A stretch of DNA of 59,420 nt, filler included, from Sphacelaria rigidula (Eukaryota), in NCBI GenBank assembly GCA_964200075.2. It is 3 parts of 3 records of this genome, joined end to end, with 100 filler letters (N's around TTAATTAATTAA, not from the genome) between each part and the next. Parts side by side here need not be neighbours in the genome. Positions count along the whole stretch, not along the records: positions 1 to 19,744 come from CAXNAA020000619.1; positions 19,845 to 39,582 come from CAXNAA020000620.1; 1 more part is not named here. The stretch is one strand, 5' to 3'. Shown in pieces: positions 14,484 through 27,700 of the stretch. The translations under genes were made by a program, and so were the position numbers. A model generated the notes under the pieces. That model was not told the DNA's origin and made no database searches. It saw only the letters and a list, made by a program, of their open reading frames with translations. The stretch's first letter is position 1. Each line of letters begins with the position of its first letter.

Positions 14484-15858
14484 CACGAATATTGCATACG
14501 TAGGACAGCTCATGAGCTACCTCATCTGCGGGCGGTAGCTCACTTGTAGTCAAACATGTACATGTGAGCTACGTCCGATAGCTAAACACAAGGTGAACGT
14601 GCGCTGATGAGCTACGAGTTGGTAGCTCACCAAGGACGAAAATGAGCTGATGAGCTGCGGGTTGGTAGCTCATGTAGCTCTCATAGCTCACCCAGGACGA
14701 ATCTGAGCTGATGAGCTACGGGTTGGTAGCTCACCTATCGCAAACGTGCGTAGCTCATGAAGCTCTCATAGCTCACCCAGAGAAAACATGCGCGGATGAG
14801 CTACGTCCGGTAGCTCACCCAAGGCAAACATGTCTAGCTCACCTAGCTCTCATAGCTCACTCCGGAAAAACGTGTGTAGCTCACGCACTTGTTACATTCA
14901 CTCAGGGAAAACACATGCGGATAAGCTACGTTCGATAGCTCACCCAAGGCAAACATGTCCTTCTGTGAGTAAGTGTAATCCTGTCTTCCACATCGACTGC
15001 CTGTTGCGAAGGATCTAGATCCACGGCATTATTTCCGACCGAAGCGCGGCTAGAGCTGCTGCCCCCCGCGGTCACCATGCAGAGCGAATTGTGTGCGTGT
15101 GTGCGGTTGTGTGTATATGTGGTGGCTATGACGCGGATGACTTCTGATGCGCCATGTTAATTGTTGATGTTTACAAAAAGCAAATTCATCGCTACACGAA
15201 ACGGAACAGGTGTGTGCACATCTAACCCTTGTCACGTACTTACAATATCAACGTGCATGAGCATGGGAACAGAAATAACTCCAAGATCGGCGTGGCTCCC
15301 GTACCTCTTAAGCTCAACCAGCGCAATCATGCGTAGGTCCCGATGCTCTTATAGCTCATGAAAAGCAAATATGTGTAGTTCATGCATCTCTCATAGCTCA
15401 TCCAGGGCAAACATGCATAGCTCCTGCATCCCTCATAGCTCATCCGAAGCAAACATGCATAGCTCATGCATCCCTCATAGCTCACCCAGGGCGAATATGA
15501 GCTAGCGAGCTACGGGGTGGTAGCTCATGCAGGGCAAACATGCGTAGCTCATGCAGCTCTCATAGCTCACCCAGGACGAATATGAGCTGATCAGCTACGG
15601 ATTGGTAGCTCATCCAGGGGAAACGTGCGTAGCCCATACAGCTCCCACAGCTCTCCCAGGACGAATATGAGCTGATGAGCCATGGGTTGGTAGCTCATGC
15701 AGGGGAAACATGAGTAGTTCATACAGCTCTCATAGCTCACACCAGAAAAAACATGCGTAGCTCATGTAGCTCTCATAGCTCACTAGAGAGCTACGCTATA
15801 AAAGAGCTAGCTCGAGCTATAGGGAGCTGACCTGTCCGACGTGTGGAATATTGTGTTA
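14484..15858. mobile_element. AGCT (tagctca/tgagcta)-rich subrepeat element with imperfect TIRs, interrupted at ~14960-15350
   Basis: Dozens of tagctca/tgagcta motifs; ends cacgaatattgcatacgtaggacag and ctgtccgacgtgtggaatattgtg; flanked by a 41-bp direct repeat. Confidence 0.7.
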
Positions 15859-16503
15859 GATCTGGTGAGCCGTCTATGGGTAGTCTCTGCCGCCAACAGT
15901 GCATTTTTTGGTATCTACTACTATGGGCATTGCCGTCAACAATCGATTGCTCTCGGGAGCACCTACCGACAGCCAGTGACGCCAACGATAGGTTTTGAAA
16001 AATAAATTGCTCACTGCAGTTTCATGACATCAACAGCAATACCCCTTACACATGAACACGCAACGACCTCAGGCGATAGCTGGCCATGACTTCTGTGGAA
16101 TAAGGCAGAAACATATATCGAAAAATGCAGCCACCTTAGTGGTCAGCAAAAGATATTGGTGGCCGCGATTTAGATTCTAAAGTGACCCTAAATAGACATT
16201 ATTGGGCGCAATTGGTATCCTCTTGTGACCAACAATATGTACTGGTGGCCGCGTGGTAAATCCTATTTTGATTGGCAATAAACATTGGTGGCCCTGATTC
16301 AGAGCATATTTTAACGAATAAAATGTATCGAAAGACAACTGAGCCCCTTCATTGTCACGGCAATGATACATTAACATCATGTCCCTTATCCCTAATCTAT
16401 TGTCGCCTACAATAGTTATCGATGGACTTTGATGCCAGTCGATTATGAGTGACAATGAACATTGATACGTCAAATTTCCGGGGCTATCGCAGCGCCAATA
16501 ACA

Positions 16504-16930
16504 ACATATTCATGAGATTCCGAGCGTAATATCGGATTCAGAGTGGATGCTCTAGCGTTCCTAATAGGCAACTTTTTTGTTGTTTTTGCTTGAGCACACG
16601 TCCTGTGCATGCAGCTACCGTACACTACCCCTTTCGAGGAATTCGACGGTCTGGTTGGTGAGACACCGCACAAAGCATTTTTACTGTTTCAGGCACTAAT
16701 CGATTTTTCCTGAAAGGGGGCATCTTTTGTTGCAATGGACTGACTACGTCGTTGCAATCAAGTGATGTGTCAAATTGATCGTGTAGTTGACAGGTTCCAT
16801 TGAAGCCACCGCTTCACCAGCTGGGCGCATTCCTCCTCGAACTGTGGCGATGTCAAAATCGACGGCAAAGTCGATTGTTTCGGGTCTCACTCTGAATCCG
16901 ATGTTACACTCTGAATCTCACGAATATAGT
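16504..16930 (-). mobile_element. MITE copy 2, inverted relative to 13985-14439
   Basis: Reverse complement matches copy 1 along its whole length except for a short indel. Confidence 0.85.
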
Positions 16931-18119
16931 AGAGGGATAACCATAAGTACCAACACCACAGCAACAACAAGAAGTTGTAAACTTTTGTCTCACATGTTGC
17001 CGATTCCTACAAGATGCAAGCGTTCCAAAATTGTAAAAACGTGATGTCATGTGTTCACAAGTACATATTCACAAGTATTGTCATTATATACCCACCGTAT
17101 GTCCACCTGCGGCTTCTCTACCGTACCTCAACGGAGTATAGTATTCTCTATACGTAGAGTGTTGCGATGTAGGTGTGGCAACAGACGACAGACAACTGTC
17201 GACAGGCATTATAAGAACAGAAATGCTGTGTTTTTTTATACACGGGTATCCTGAAGAGAAGACAAGAATTACCGAAGGAGCAAGGAGCCGAGAATAGGAA
17301 GCTATTTTTTCAATTTTATAATGCACTAGCAATTCTTCGCACAAGATCTCGAAGCACAGCTCTCGAAAACTGAGACGCGATTTTCAGGTTTGGTGCAATC
17401 AGTGCGTACATGTCTTTCGTATATGTGTGCGCATCTGCGGGGGTCACAGGAGAAAGGCCAGCGCAGGAGTTCTTTCTTTTTCCTTTCGCTTTGGTACTCC
17501 GTTCCCTCTGCGGTGCATGCCTTATTTCTTACATCTTGCGTCTAGTTTTAAATCTTACCCGTCCCACATCTCTGTATAAAACGAATTTGGTGAAGGTGAG
17601 GATATCCACCGTTTCCCCTTACTCCAGGAAATTTCTACCAAATATCGTAATCATACGCCTCACCTACCATTCGAAGTTTTGCATCTCCCTGAGTCTGGAC
17701 CATATATTCGAACGTCATGATATTTTATGACGTTTAAATCAACGAGTGAAATTCGCCCAGGCTATACGAGGAGCAGATCGGCATTTGCCCCTTGATAACA
17801 CGATTCATGAGATGTGCGGACAACGGCCCAAATTCGTCTGCGTCGATGGGATGAGGGTGTGAGGGCGTAAACCCGTTTTTCAGGCTGGCCCAGCTCGTAG
17901 AGACGCCCGCCGTTGTCCCTTCTTCGCAAGCAGATCCTGTCATGTACGGTGGGCGCTCCAATATCAGGTCCCTGAAGCGCGCGCACGCGCGCGCGCACAC
18001 ACATACACAAAGCATCCCAGTAAACTTCCTCGTGTTGTCTGCGTTGTTATTTTTCTGACCCTTGTGCTGCCTTTGCCCTTGCGGTCATGTTCCATGTGTG
18101 TTGACTTTTTTTTTGTCAG

Positions 18120-19647
18120 GTGAAGGTGACGGAAGGTGATACTCTCGACATCGCTTTCGAAGGCGTGAATACGGACGCTCTCGCCATTTCGTTCATGCAG
18201 TGTAGCGGCGACTCGTATCTCAGAATGAGCCTCAAGTACAACGACACCACCGTGGGATTCAGCACGCTGTACAACAACGAGTGCAACAGGGTGAGAATTG
18301 GGTTGAATCCTGTTGACTCATTGATTCGCCACCCGTGATGATGAGCAAGTTCCAACCTCTTACGAGGCGGTAACCCAAGCAACTATGATGTACTCTGCCG
18401 GTATGATGAGATTCTCATGCCCGTAAACGTCCCTGCATGCTCGACAAGGGTTTCGCAGATATTGTACTTCTCGTTTTCTGGGGGTACTGATAGTTGAGAA
18501 CTGGCGCGATCCTCTTGAGACTTCGTACAAGGAGGTTAGGGTGCCCCCCCCCCCCCCCCCCCCCCCCCCATCACTCGTGCCCATCGAGTGCCCCGCTTTC
18601 TTGAATTGGGGTGCTGTGGGTCGCTTTTTTCCTGGCTTCATGTGCCCATATCTATTGCATTCGTCGGACAGAGGAATAAATCAGCGATGCAAGAAGAGGC
18701 GATTGTTCAAAGGAATGCATCACGTATGGTGGCAGATGGTCGAAGTATCTCTCCGCGGATGTTTGGAGGATGACAGACTACTGCAGACGTACACGACCGC
18801 TAGTCGGCCCGATGGGCAGTTGTTGACACGAAAGTATGTCGAACCCTAGTTTTTTGGTCAAATCAAGTTTGCAGCAGTCTGGTATACCTTTTGGGAGGGC
18901 GAGGGGGGGTTTGTGCTTTTGTTCTTGTGCTTATGCTCGACGCATAAGTCTTCGTAGTGTCCACCACAGTCGAACTGTCTCAAGATGACCGCACTCTTCA
19001 AATGGCCGCATGCGTCCCATCTGGGCGCATCCTGTATGCTACACGCGACGGTGCGCGACCACCGCTTATTATGATCAAGAACAGTTGACACGCTCCCTCG
19101 TGCTTGGTAACTCACTAGACGCGGTTTCTCGGACCTAGACCCCGTTTATTCTTATTACGTGAGTTGTTTCGACTTACAACAACTATCCCAAATGTCCCCC
19201 AAATACAGGCGGTCATCGGGTGACTGTGTGTACGGAGTTGATGGAAAAAAATCTCAATCTTTTTCTGACCTGAAACATACAGCTGAGGACCTCCCTTTTG
19301 AAATTGATTTTATACCTATGATGAAATGTACCTTTTTTATTTTTTTTATATTTCCTACATCAATAATTTTTGCTTTTTTTCATGTGGTACATGTGTTGAC
19401 GTTTCATTGTTGGTAGTTTATTCATTTTTTTCCCGTCGTGGTTTCCGGTGGAAATGTTTCGCGTCTTGCTGTGAAAAGTTCCTTGCCAGTGACGCCACGG
19501 CGAGCGACGAGGAGGTCTCGTACGGGAATCTATGCGCGTTCCGATCGTCAGCCGCCGTGGGTGAAGGCTACACCGAGAACACCATCATCGTCAACGATAC
19601 GTCCTACGTCCAGCCCAGTCTCGTCGGCGTTGTCTTGGAGAACAGGG
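18120..19647 (+). CDS. Two internal exons (18120-18290, 19479-19647) of an unidentified protein; gene truncated by the contig end
   Basis: Strong acceptor ttttttttgtcag, donors GTGAGA (twice), phase-0 join: VKVTEGDTLDIAFEGVNTDALAISFMQCSGDSYLRMSLKYNDTTVGFSTLYNNECNR|FLASDATASDEEVSYGNLCAFRSSAAVGEGYTENTIIVNDTSYVQPSLVGVVLENR. C/G-ending codon bias and two NDT sequons. Confidence 0.7.
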
Positions 19648-19744
19648 GTGAGAAGGGAAGACCAAGGGTGGGGAAGGTGGGGGGGGGGGGGGGGTTGAAA
19701 GGACGACCCCGGCTCGGGGCAAACGTGAGGGCTCAGGGACTCGC

Positions 19745-19844
19745 NNNNNNNNNNNNNNNNNNNNNNNNNNNNNNNNNNNNNNNNNNNNTTAATTAATTAA
19801 NNNNNNNNNNNNNNNNNNNNNNNNNNNNNNNNNNNNNNNNNNNN
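19745..19844. other. Artificial 100-nt contig spacer N44-TTAATTAATTAA-N44
   Basis: Seen directly; the 12-mer puts stop codons in all six frames. Confidence 0.97.

Positions 19845-19907
<63 letters not shown>
19845..19907. repeat. (TAA)21 microsatellite at contig start, possibly the tail of a minus-strand retroelement
   Basis: Seen directly. Confidence 0.9.
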
Positions 19908-19908
<1 letters not shown>

Positions 19909-21692
19909 TGAAAACGATCCCAGCGCATCATCTTTTTGAGTTGCGACACAAAGCTTCATAAACATGCTCCGTGGACTGCCCCAGGACGCGTACATTTTTC
20001 TTCACCTTTACTTTGAGGCTCTTTTGACCGCCTTCCGGACGTCTTGCCACCGGAACCCCCCGAAGCCGGAAAAAAGCAGAGAATCTATGATGATGGATTC
20101 TTTCGAAAAACATTTTTTGTTTATGCGCCAATACCTACTGGCTGCCAAGTTTGGGGTTTTACTAAGACGGGTCTTCTATGCATATCATAAGTGTAAATGC
20201 GACGACGCCAAAACCCCACATCACCGAAATATTACGGTTTGGGGTATTGTTCGATCTCATGGTAATCGTGTTTCATACATGATTTTTTCCCCGCCAGATT
20301 CACTAGCTGATGTCGGTTAAACGAGTAACGATTTGAAGGATATGTGGACATGTAGTCAAAATTGGGCTGGGAATTCGTACTTTAATGATCAGAGCAACTC
20401 GGACGGCGCTGGTTGGTCGACATGCCTTTTCGCCCTCAGCGCCACCGCTACGTCCTCAAGTAAACAAATCCGGCTATGCTACCCTCCTCAGTTGTCCATG
20501 ATGATCAGTATGATACCGTGTACGGTATGCGACTTTATGGAGTAGGAATTGCGGAAGATATACGCTGATGAGTGAATTTTGGGTCAAAACCGTGAACCAG
20601 CCTTCATCGACAAACAGGACCCGACGCTCTCGAGAGATATCACCTATCCGATTTCTTGATTTATTCTTAAAGCCACCGTTTTGTCTGCATGAGATCAGAG
20701 GTTTCCGAGTTTATCAGTGAAGAAAAATTGCCTCCTGTGAGGGTGCTATACACCGTCATCTACATTAGCACTGTGGAAGTAGCACGATACTGCCAGTACT
20801 ACAGCACGGTAGAGTAATATCAACATACAGATGGTGTGGCTGCTCGACCGTAGGCCTTTGCGCACCAACGGGCATTAGCTAGTCTGAGACTACAACTGAA
20901 TGCGACTACACTCTTTGATGCGCCTTACTGTGATAACAGGTTGGCGAGAGGTTTGGTCGTCCATCTGCTCAAGTCACCGTTCGCAGAGTCGAACCGGTGA
21001 ACCTCAGCGTACAAGAACAATCAACCCTCAACTCTGCCTACGCGACAATACTGTGTTGTTTCTGCAGCTACCGTAGTTGTAGTATCGAACACGGGAGAAA
21101 ACGCCGCACCTTGTTATTGTAGCATACACAGCACGTTGCACGACTGTTAAAGCAAACATCTGGCAATCAATGTCTATGACTCCAACCAGAGTGGATGAGA
21201 TTGTACCCATACCCGTGGCAATCACAACATCAGCGTATCTACTTTTCAACTGCCGTCACCACAGCCTGGCCAAAGCTTACCCTTCCCCCGCGATTGCCAG
21301 CAAAGTGTCCATCTCCGTCCGCTAGTCGCTCCTCGGCTCGCTCCAAGTCCTTACGTTTGTAGAAAGCGAATATTTTCAGATGGTATATGCGAATTGAAGA
21401 ACAATAAGCCAATCGGACTTTCTCCCACACACCCTCAAGTAAACGCGGCAGGTGAGAGATGCTCTACGGTCTTCGCGGGGGACGAAGCTCGAAGCCCTCA
21501 AGGATCATGCAAGAATTGATGTCTTTATTTAGTTTTGGAAACTAAAAATAATCATGATCTAACTGTATTTTTTTTTTCCATTAGATTTTGTTTTGCAGTT
21601 TCGCAGATCTCAGCGGGTAAAGGAAAGAGTGAATCCTCATCCTTTGATCACCGCCGCCAGCTGTGAGTCAAGTGTCGAGTGAAGGACTGAGC

Positions 21693-21785
21693 ATGGATAC
21701 AAATGAAAGGAACAGGCTAAATTTCCAGGCTCGACGATCCCCTGTACTGGGCACCCATGCTGCAGTGTCTACTCCCCAGCCTCTG
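21693..21785 (+). CDS. GGT-family gene exon 1 ([31 protein letters not shown])
   Basis: ATG at 21693, RRSPV...QPL N-terminal GGT motif, donor GTAAGC at 21786. Confidence 0.85.
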
Positions 21786-24700
21786 GTAAGCATCATGACC
21801 ATCATAACACAATTGTATCCGCTCACACCATCGTTGTATGTCAGTGAGTGTATGAGACATGAAGAACGTACCGCAGCGTACCATGTCAACCTCGGCTGCC
21901 AGGCTTGGTGCCCGTGTGAACGGATGATGAGGTGGTATGGTTGTGTATTGCTCTTGAGCAATTTCTTGGTTTAAGGGTGTGGGCGTGCGGATGATTCCCC
22001 ATAATGAAAATGACAAAGCATACGATCATGAGAGACGACAGTTGTCATCATGTCGCGGTCCTCTTGACAAACGCGCTCATGTGTCGGGCAGGTATCTTTG
22101 TACCGCAGACCATATCCGAATCCTCCGCACCACGCCTGACCACGATAATAATACACTTGGCAGAGAGGATCGTGATAATTTTGCCCAAAGATTCGACTAA
22201 TGAGGATGCATGGACTTGATCGCTACGCTTCAGGAGGGAAATGTTTGTGCTGCTGTCATGAATGCGGATCCTCCATCCCAGGATGTATCCTGCTACTTGC
22301 CTCACTGTACTGCAACATGCGCGTTGGGCCGAGGACTTTTCACCGTACCGACCAGTGGGTCTCGGATGACACGGGGAGGACGAAGATGAGCGTGGATATG
22401 CCTGAGCGCACGAGTAGCATGTTGGAGTTTTAGACTCGCGCTGCTCTCCTGTACTAGATACCCAACACTGTCGATATAATTTGAGCATGCTGTAGTATGG
22501 CCACGGGCCACAAACAAAGCTCAGCATACTTGACGGATAAGTTAGGCTCCTGCAGTCTTGTACGTCCTCCACGTGTGTGTGTGTGTGGTAACGTTCGCAT
22601 GTGTGCGTGGTGATATGTCGAGCACCCTACCTCGTACCTTGGTATCGTACTTCCATGAACGCATTTGAGTCGCTTTCTTGAGTCCCCTTCAGTCACAAAA
22701 TGCTGTGGGATCGAAGGCAATTTCTTTTAAACAAACCCAAGCCCACCTATATACGAGTAGAGAATTGTGTTACACTTAGGCCGGATGTTACGGCAAACAG
22801 ATTTTTGGCCCATGGATTGTTCGCTCTTGGGACGTTTGACCCACTGTTTGATCCCCAAATAGGGAAAATCGCCAACACACGTCTCGGACACGTTGCATCA
22901 ACCCACAGGAGGGAGTCAAGCCTGCTTTTCAGATTCGCTTGGCTCCGAGGTTCCGAGATCGGCCGCTGAACAAAAATCCGTGTGCAATAATCTGTACTTG
23001 CCAACATACGACAGTTTCCCCAATAATCTGTGGAGATCGCCGTAGATTTTATTGCACACGGATTATTGTTCGCGTTGATGGATGTTCTCGCGTGAACTCC
23101 TTCGATATTTGACGCTTTCCGACAACGCCTAATTCCGAGTCTGTAATTTGGAGGAAGGGAAATAACATACTGCAGTCAAGACACACACGCGGCCATTTGG
23201 CTACCCCCAAAATTCCTCCAGCAGAGCAATCAACTTTCGAGCCTCCCGAGGGTTGGAACGTCTCCAGAGGAATTAAGCATCTCCAGGGGGGTAGTTTTTG
23301 GTTTCCTCCAGAGGGACGAAACGCTTCCGGAGGCTTGTTTTTGCCTCTGGAGGGCCGCGCATCCCTTCGGAGGAATTTTGGGGTAACGAAATGCCTGCGG
23401 AGGGGTGCGCGGCCATCCAAAGCGGTACTTTTTGGTTCCCTCCATAGGGATTAAGAGTATCCGGGGGCTTGTTTCGTCTTTAGAGGGCCGCGCATCCATC
23501 CGGAGGCATTTTGGGGGGTAGAAAAATGGCCGCGTGTGCAGAATGTTGTCGGGAAGAGTTAACGTTAACGTCTGGCTCGTGCAGCATTTGTTCCTGTGAA
23601 AAGGATAATCAGTACGGTCTACGGTGCTGGGTCTATGACAGCCCTGAGGCAATTGTGCTCAATCTTGTGACCGTTACACGCGGGGGGATTCATGATCCTA
23701 GTTGACGTGTTTCAGGATCCATGTACGTAACTTCATGGTCGAGCGTGAGTCTCTGCTTACTCGCTCAATCTCATCTATTTGCGTTGCCTGACTGTACGAT
23801 ACTGCACTTCTACACTATACTGATCGGTTGACAGCAGTGTCCTCTGATCGATCATCACAATTGCGATCATTAAACTGACTCATCGGATCACAGACCAAGA
23901 TACGCTCTAGAGGACTCGTGGTTCATCACACGGTATTTTGTAATGCACTCACGAGGAGGCAGGCAGAAGCGACGCGGTGATATTTCCGACTGCGGTCGGG
24001 AGCACACCATCAGTGATCGAGCCCGCGGACATCATAGAGAGTATAAGTAACGTCAAAGGTAGCAGTGTCCCAAGTAGTGCCAGGGACACCACCTGCAGGG
24101 CTGCGGGTCTCAGCAGGTGGGGAAGATGAGTCATGTAGCGGGCCGCACCCCGCCACGGGTGTGGGATCTGCAGGATCCAGGCACCAGACGATCAAGATAG
24201 TTCGGCCAGCTCTGCGGAGTGGGTCTTATTCTTGAAGAATCCATGGCACCTGTGGGGGACGTGTTGCGCGGAGCGCTGTCACCACTCAGCGGCAACACTG
24301 TGGAGGGGGCGGGTGCCGTTTAGCTTGCCCGTGGAGAAGGGTTACTCAAGATTCATCGCGGGGCACATGCCCCAGAAGTGAGTACTAGACTTACTGGCGT
24401 GCTGCCGTGGATTTTCATGGATATTGTCAACATGTTTCTAGTCCCCATGATGATCCGCGTGATGATGGGTTTGATTTTGTGGGGGGAGCCATATCAGTGA
24501 CGCGACTTTCATAGGAAGGAAACATAATAGTGGCAGTAGGCGTGTCTGCAGGTGGTTGCCCATCATTGTGTTCCGGATGGGCATGGGGCCGCGATTTGTG
24601 GCCCTGTTATATACCAATCATGTTTCAACAATAGGGCGAGAATTTCGAAAGATCTGAGTTGAAGGATTGAAAGGACGAAAGCTTGGTACATTTTCCTATC

Positions 24701-27700
24701 TCGGCGGAACGAAGCGTCTCTGAGGATAATTCTATGATATCCCGACGTGTGAAGTGCTGTGCATATAAAAAAAAATGAGCCAACATGATAATCCAGAGCG
24801 TGTTCGTATGGCGATATATGGTGAAAAGATGCCCGATCGAACCTCGCGTTAGTTGCAAAATATGGAAGACTACTGGGCTTGAGTGTGTGGATAATCTTTT
24901 CCCCCAGTCATGAGATCACATTCTACGGGGTATTTCGTTCTTGACGTCAGTGTGTCGCACTTTGAATCTTTCTAAGCACTGTCGGCCACAAGGCATTGTT
25001 TTCTGGCTGGGTTGGTTGACGATGAAATGTACTTGTCATCACGATGAATGCGGGTAGATGTGGCCTGACTTGATCGAATGATGATGTCGGTTTTTGAAGC
25101 TATCTGCGGATAGACTCGTCTTTTGGTTCCAGGACCATAGCACATGACAAACCGACTCAGATCTAAGGCGTTGCATATTGCGTCACCTGTTAAGTGTGGG
25201 TCACGGGGCACCATTTCCCAACTGGATTAGTTGCTGATGAGTTAGGTTGGTCGTCTCGATACGTGCAGTGTGAATGTGGGACGCCACCAGCTGGCTTGGT
25301 TGCGAAGGTGATATCGGTGTTCAGTTATCTCAGTAGAGTACAGAAAGCTACGGGGCACTGAAAACTATGAGTATGTGATCGATAACCACCAGTGTAATCC
25401 CAAAATTATATTCCGGAGAGGAGTTTTTTCGTATGATGACACTGGTTGGTCTTTCATTTTTTACAGAGTCAAGAGGGGCATCTCTACTACTAAACGTGCT
25501 GGACTGCCCTTTAATTTCGGTTCCCAAAGAGTGAAAACACCAGAGGTGCCGAAGTACGGTCGGTCACGACTTGTGGTATTGTCTGCTAGAGGAGAAGTCC
25601 AAGAAGAGGGACGCTGTTCGAAAAGGGGGAGCGAGGAAAATTTCCCGACGCTATCACGCAGTACCGGTTGCTAGTTGAGTTGAATTGTCGATAAGAGCTG
25701 AAACCATACTAGGTGTGCACACAAGTTTTTCACGACGTGCCTGAGGAAGGATTGTATCTGACATCACCCGTTTCGGTTGCTGGTCGAGCTGCACACTGGC
25801 AGAACTGGATCTATTGTGAGAAATTCAAGCATCTTTCACACATGTCTCAGGAAGAGGTGTATCTGGTATCACCCGATTCGATTGTTGGTCGAGCTGTAAG
25901 CTGACAGAACTGGGTGTTCAAGCATGTTTCGCACGACATGCCCAAACAAGGAGTGTATCTGGTATCACCCGTTGTGGTTATCCATCGAGCTGGAAGCTGA
26001 CATAACTGGATCTATCATGAGGTATGCAAACATGTTCACACGACATGTCTAAACAAGAAGTACATCTGATTCCACATAATGTATCGATAACTGGGACGTA
26101 AACGTCTGACAACCTGTGAGATAATATATTGAACTGTTGAGATGTAAATGGTTTGCGGAAAATATATGTTTCTGGCGTTTGAGACATGGTGACTGATATA
26201 TATCTGGATCTTTCCATCCCCCATGTTCCCGGTCGAGCCTCACTCTTCGGTGAGGCGCAATCCCCAAAATCGTTTTTCCAATAGGTCTCCGGCTTGATGT
26301 TGGGGGGGATCGCGAGTAGCGACGAGCACAAACCCTCCGCTGCAAAGATCTCCTCTCGATGGACAGTGGTGGTAATGGAGGGAGAGGACAATGCCTGTGA
26401 TGCAGCAACCCCATTTCCGTGGCTCGAGACAGGGGGGGCTGTTCATGATCTTGCATGCCGTAGTCGTATGACCATTGACCTCGCATCCCTACAAAGCCGG
26501 GACGCAGCACGCCAGGTTCTCGCCGGAACAGGCTCGGGACGAGGGAGGGAAGAGCAAAAAGAAAGGGGGGGAGGGGAGGCGTACCTATTTGTTGCTTGCC
26601 TGAGTCGTTGACCATTGATCACGCATCCCTTTCGAGACGGAGCAAGAAGAAGGGGGAGTGGATGATGGTGATTTTGTGCTTACTTGTGCTTCTTGAGAGG
26701 CGCCGAGCAACATCGCTCCGCCGGGCGCGAAGTAGGTGTTCGATAGATGGATGGCGCGCTTGAACTTGGTTTGATTTGAGTAAATTTGGAGTATTTCGTG
26801 TTCTGAAGAATTGTGTGTTGAGGCTCTGGAAAATGGGACATGTGTACTGCGTGATACGTACCGTCTTGTTGACATGATGCGGGCGCACAAAATGGATACG
26901 AGCCAAACGAGTCGTTTTGAGAGACATGACTTCGTACTGAGTTTCACGCATGGCGTGAAATTGCCTGAACCGACGTTCAGTATGCGCTGTAGTGATTGTA
27001 GTAGTCGATGGGACATAGTGTGCCCATAGATGTTTCTGTTCTTGAAATGTGGAATACTTTGGACCTGTCACCGAGTTTTCGGAGAATATTCCAGTAATAT
27101 ATACAGGTGCGACCTTTTCAAAATGGGACGAACCTATTGCACGCATTTTTGGAATTTTCCTGGATGAGAACAGGTGTGACATTTCAAAGCGACCGCACCT
27201 GCAGAATGATGGCGTGGCGATAAAAGGGTGTTTGCTCGAGGGTTGAGTTTTGCCTTCAACGTTTTTTACAAGTCCACCTCCTGATGTGCCAAGTTAAGGG
27301 GACGTGTTCCTGTGAACAGGATAACCAGTAGAGTCTATGGTGCTGGGTCTACACTGTAGTGAAGCATCCGTGTTCTCTCTTTTGACCGTTACACGGGGCA
27401 GGGTTTACTACCGTAGTTGGCGTGTTGTGGGACCCAGGTACGAATAGCCTTGACGGTCGAGCGTGAGGCTCTGCCTACTCGCTCACTCCCTTCTCTTTGC
27501 CTCGCCTGGCTCTACGATACTACACTTCTACACCATACTGATCGGTTGACACCCGTATCCTCTGATCGATTATCATAGTCGTGTCCATTAAACCGAACCG
27601 CTGGATTACAGACGAAGAAACAGCATTGCAATACGAATAACACCTCCTCAGTATCATAATCAACAATGGCCGGTTTCCCGCACGAGACCCGCTCCTACAG

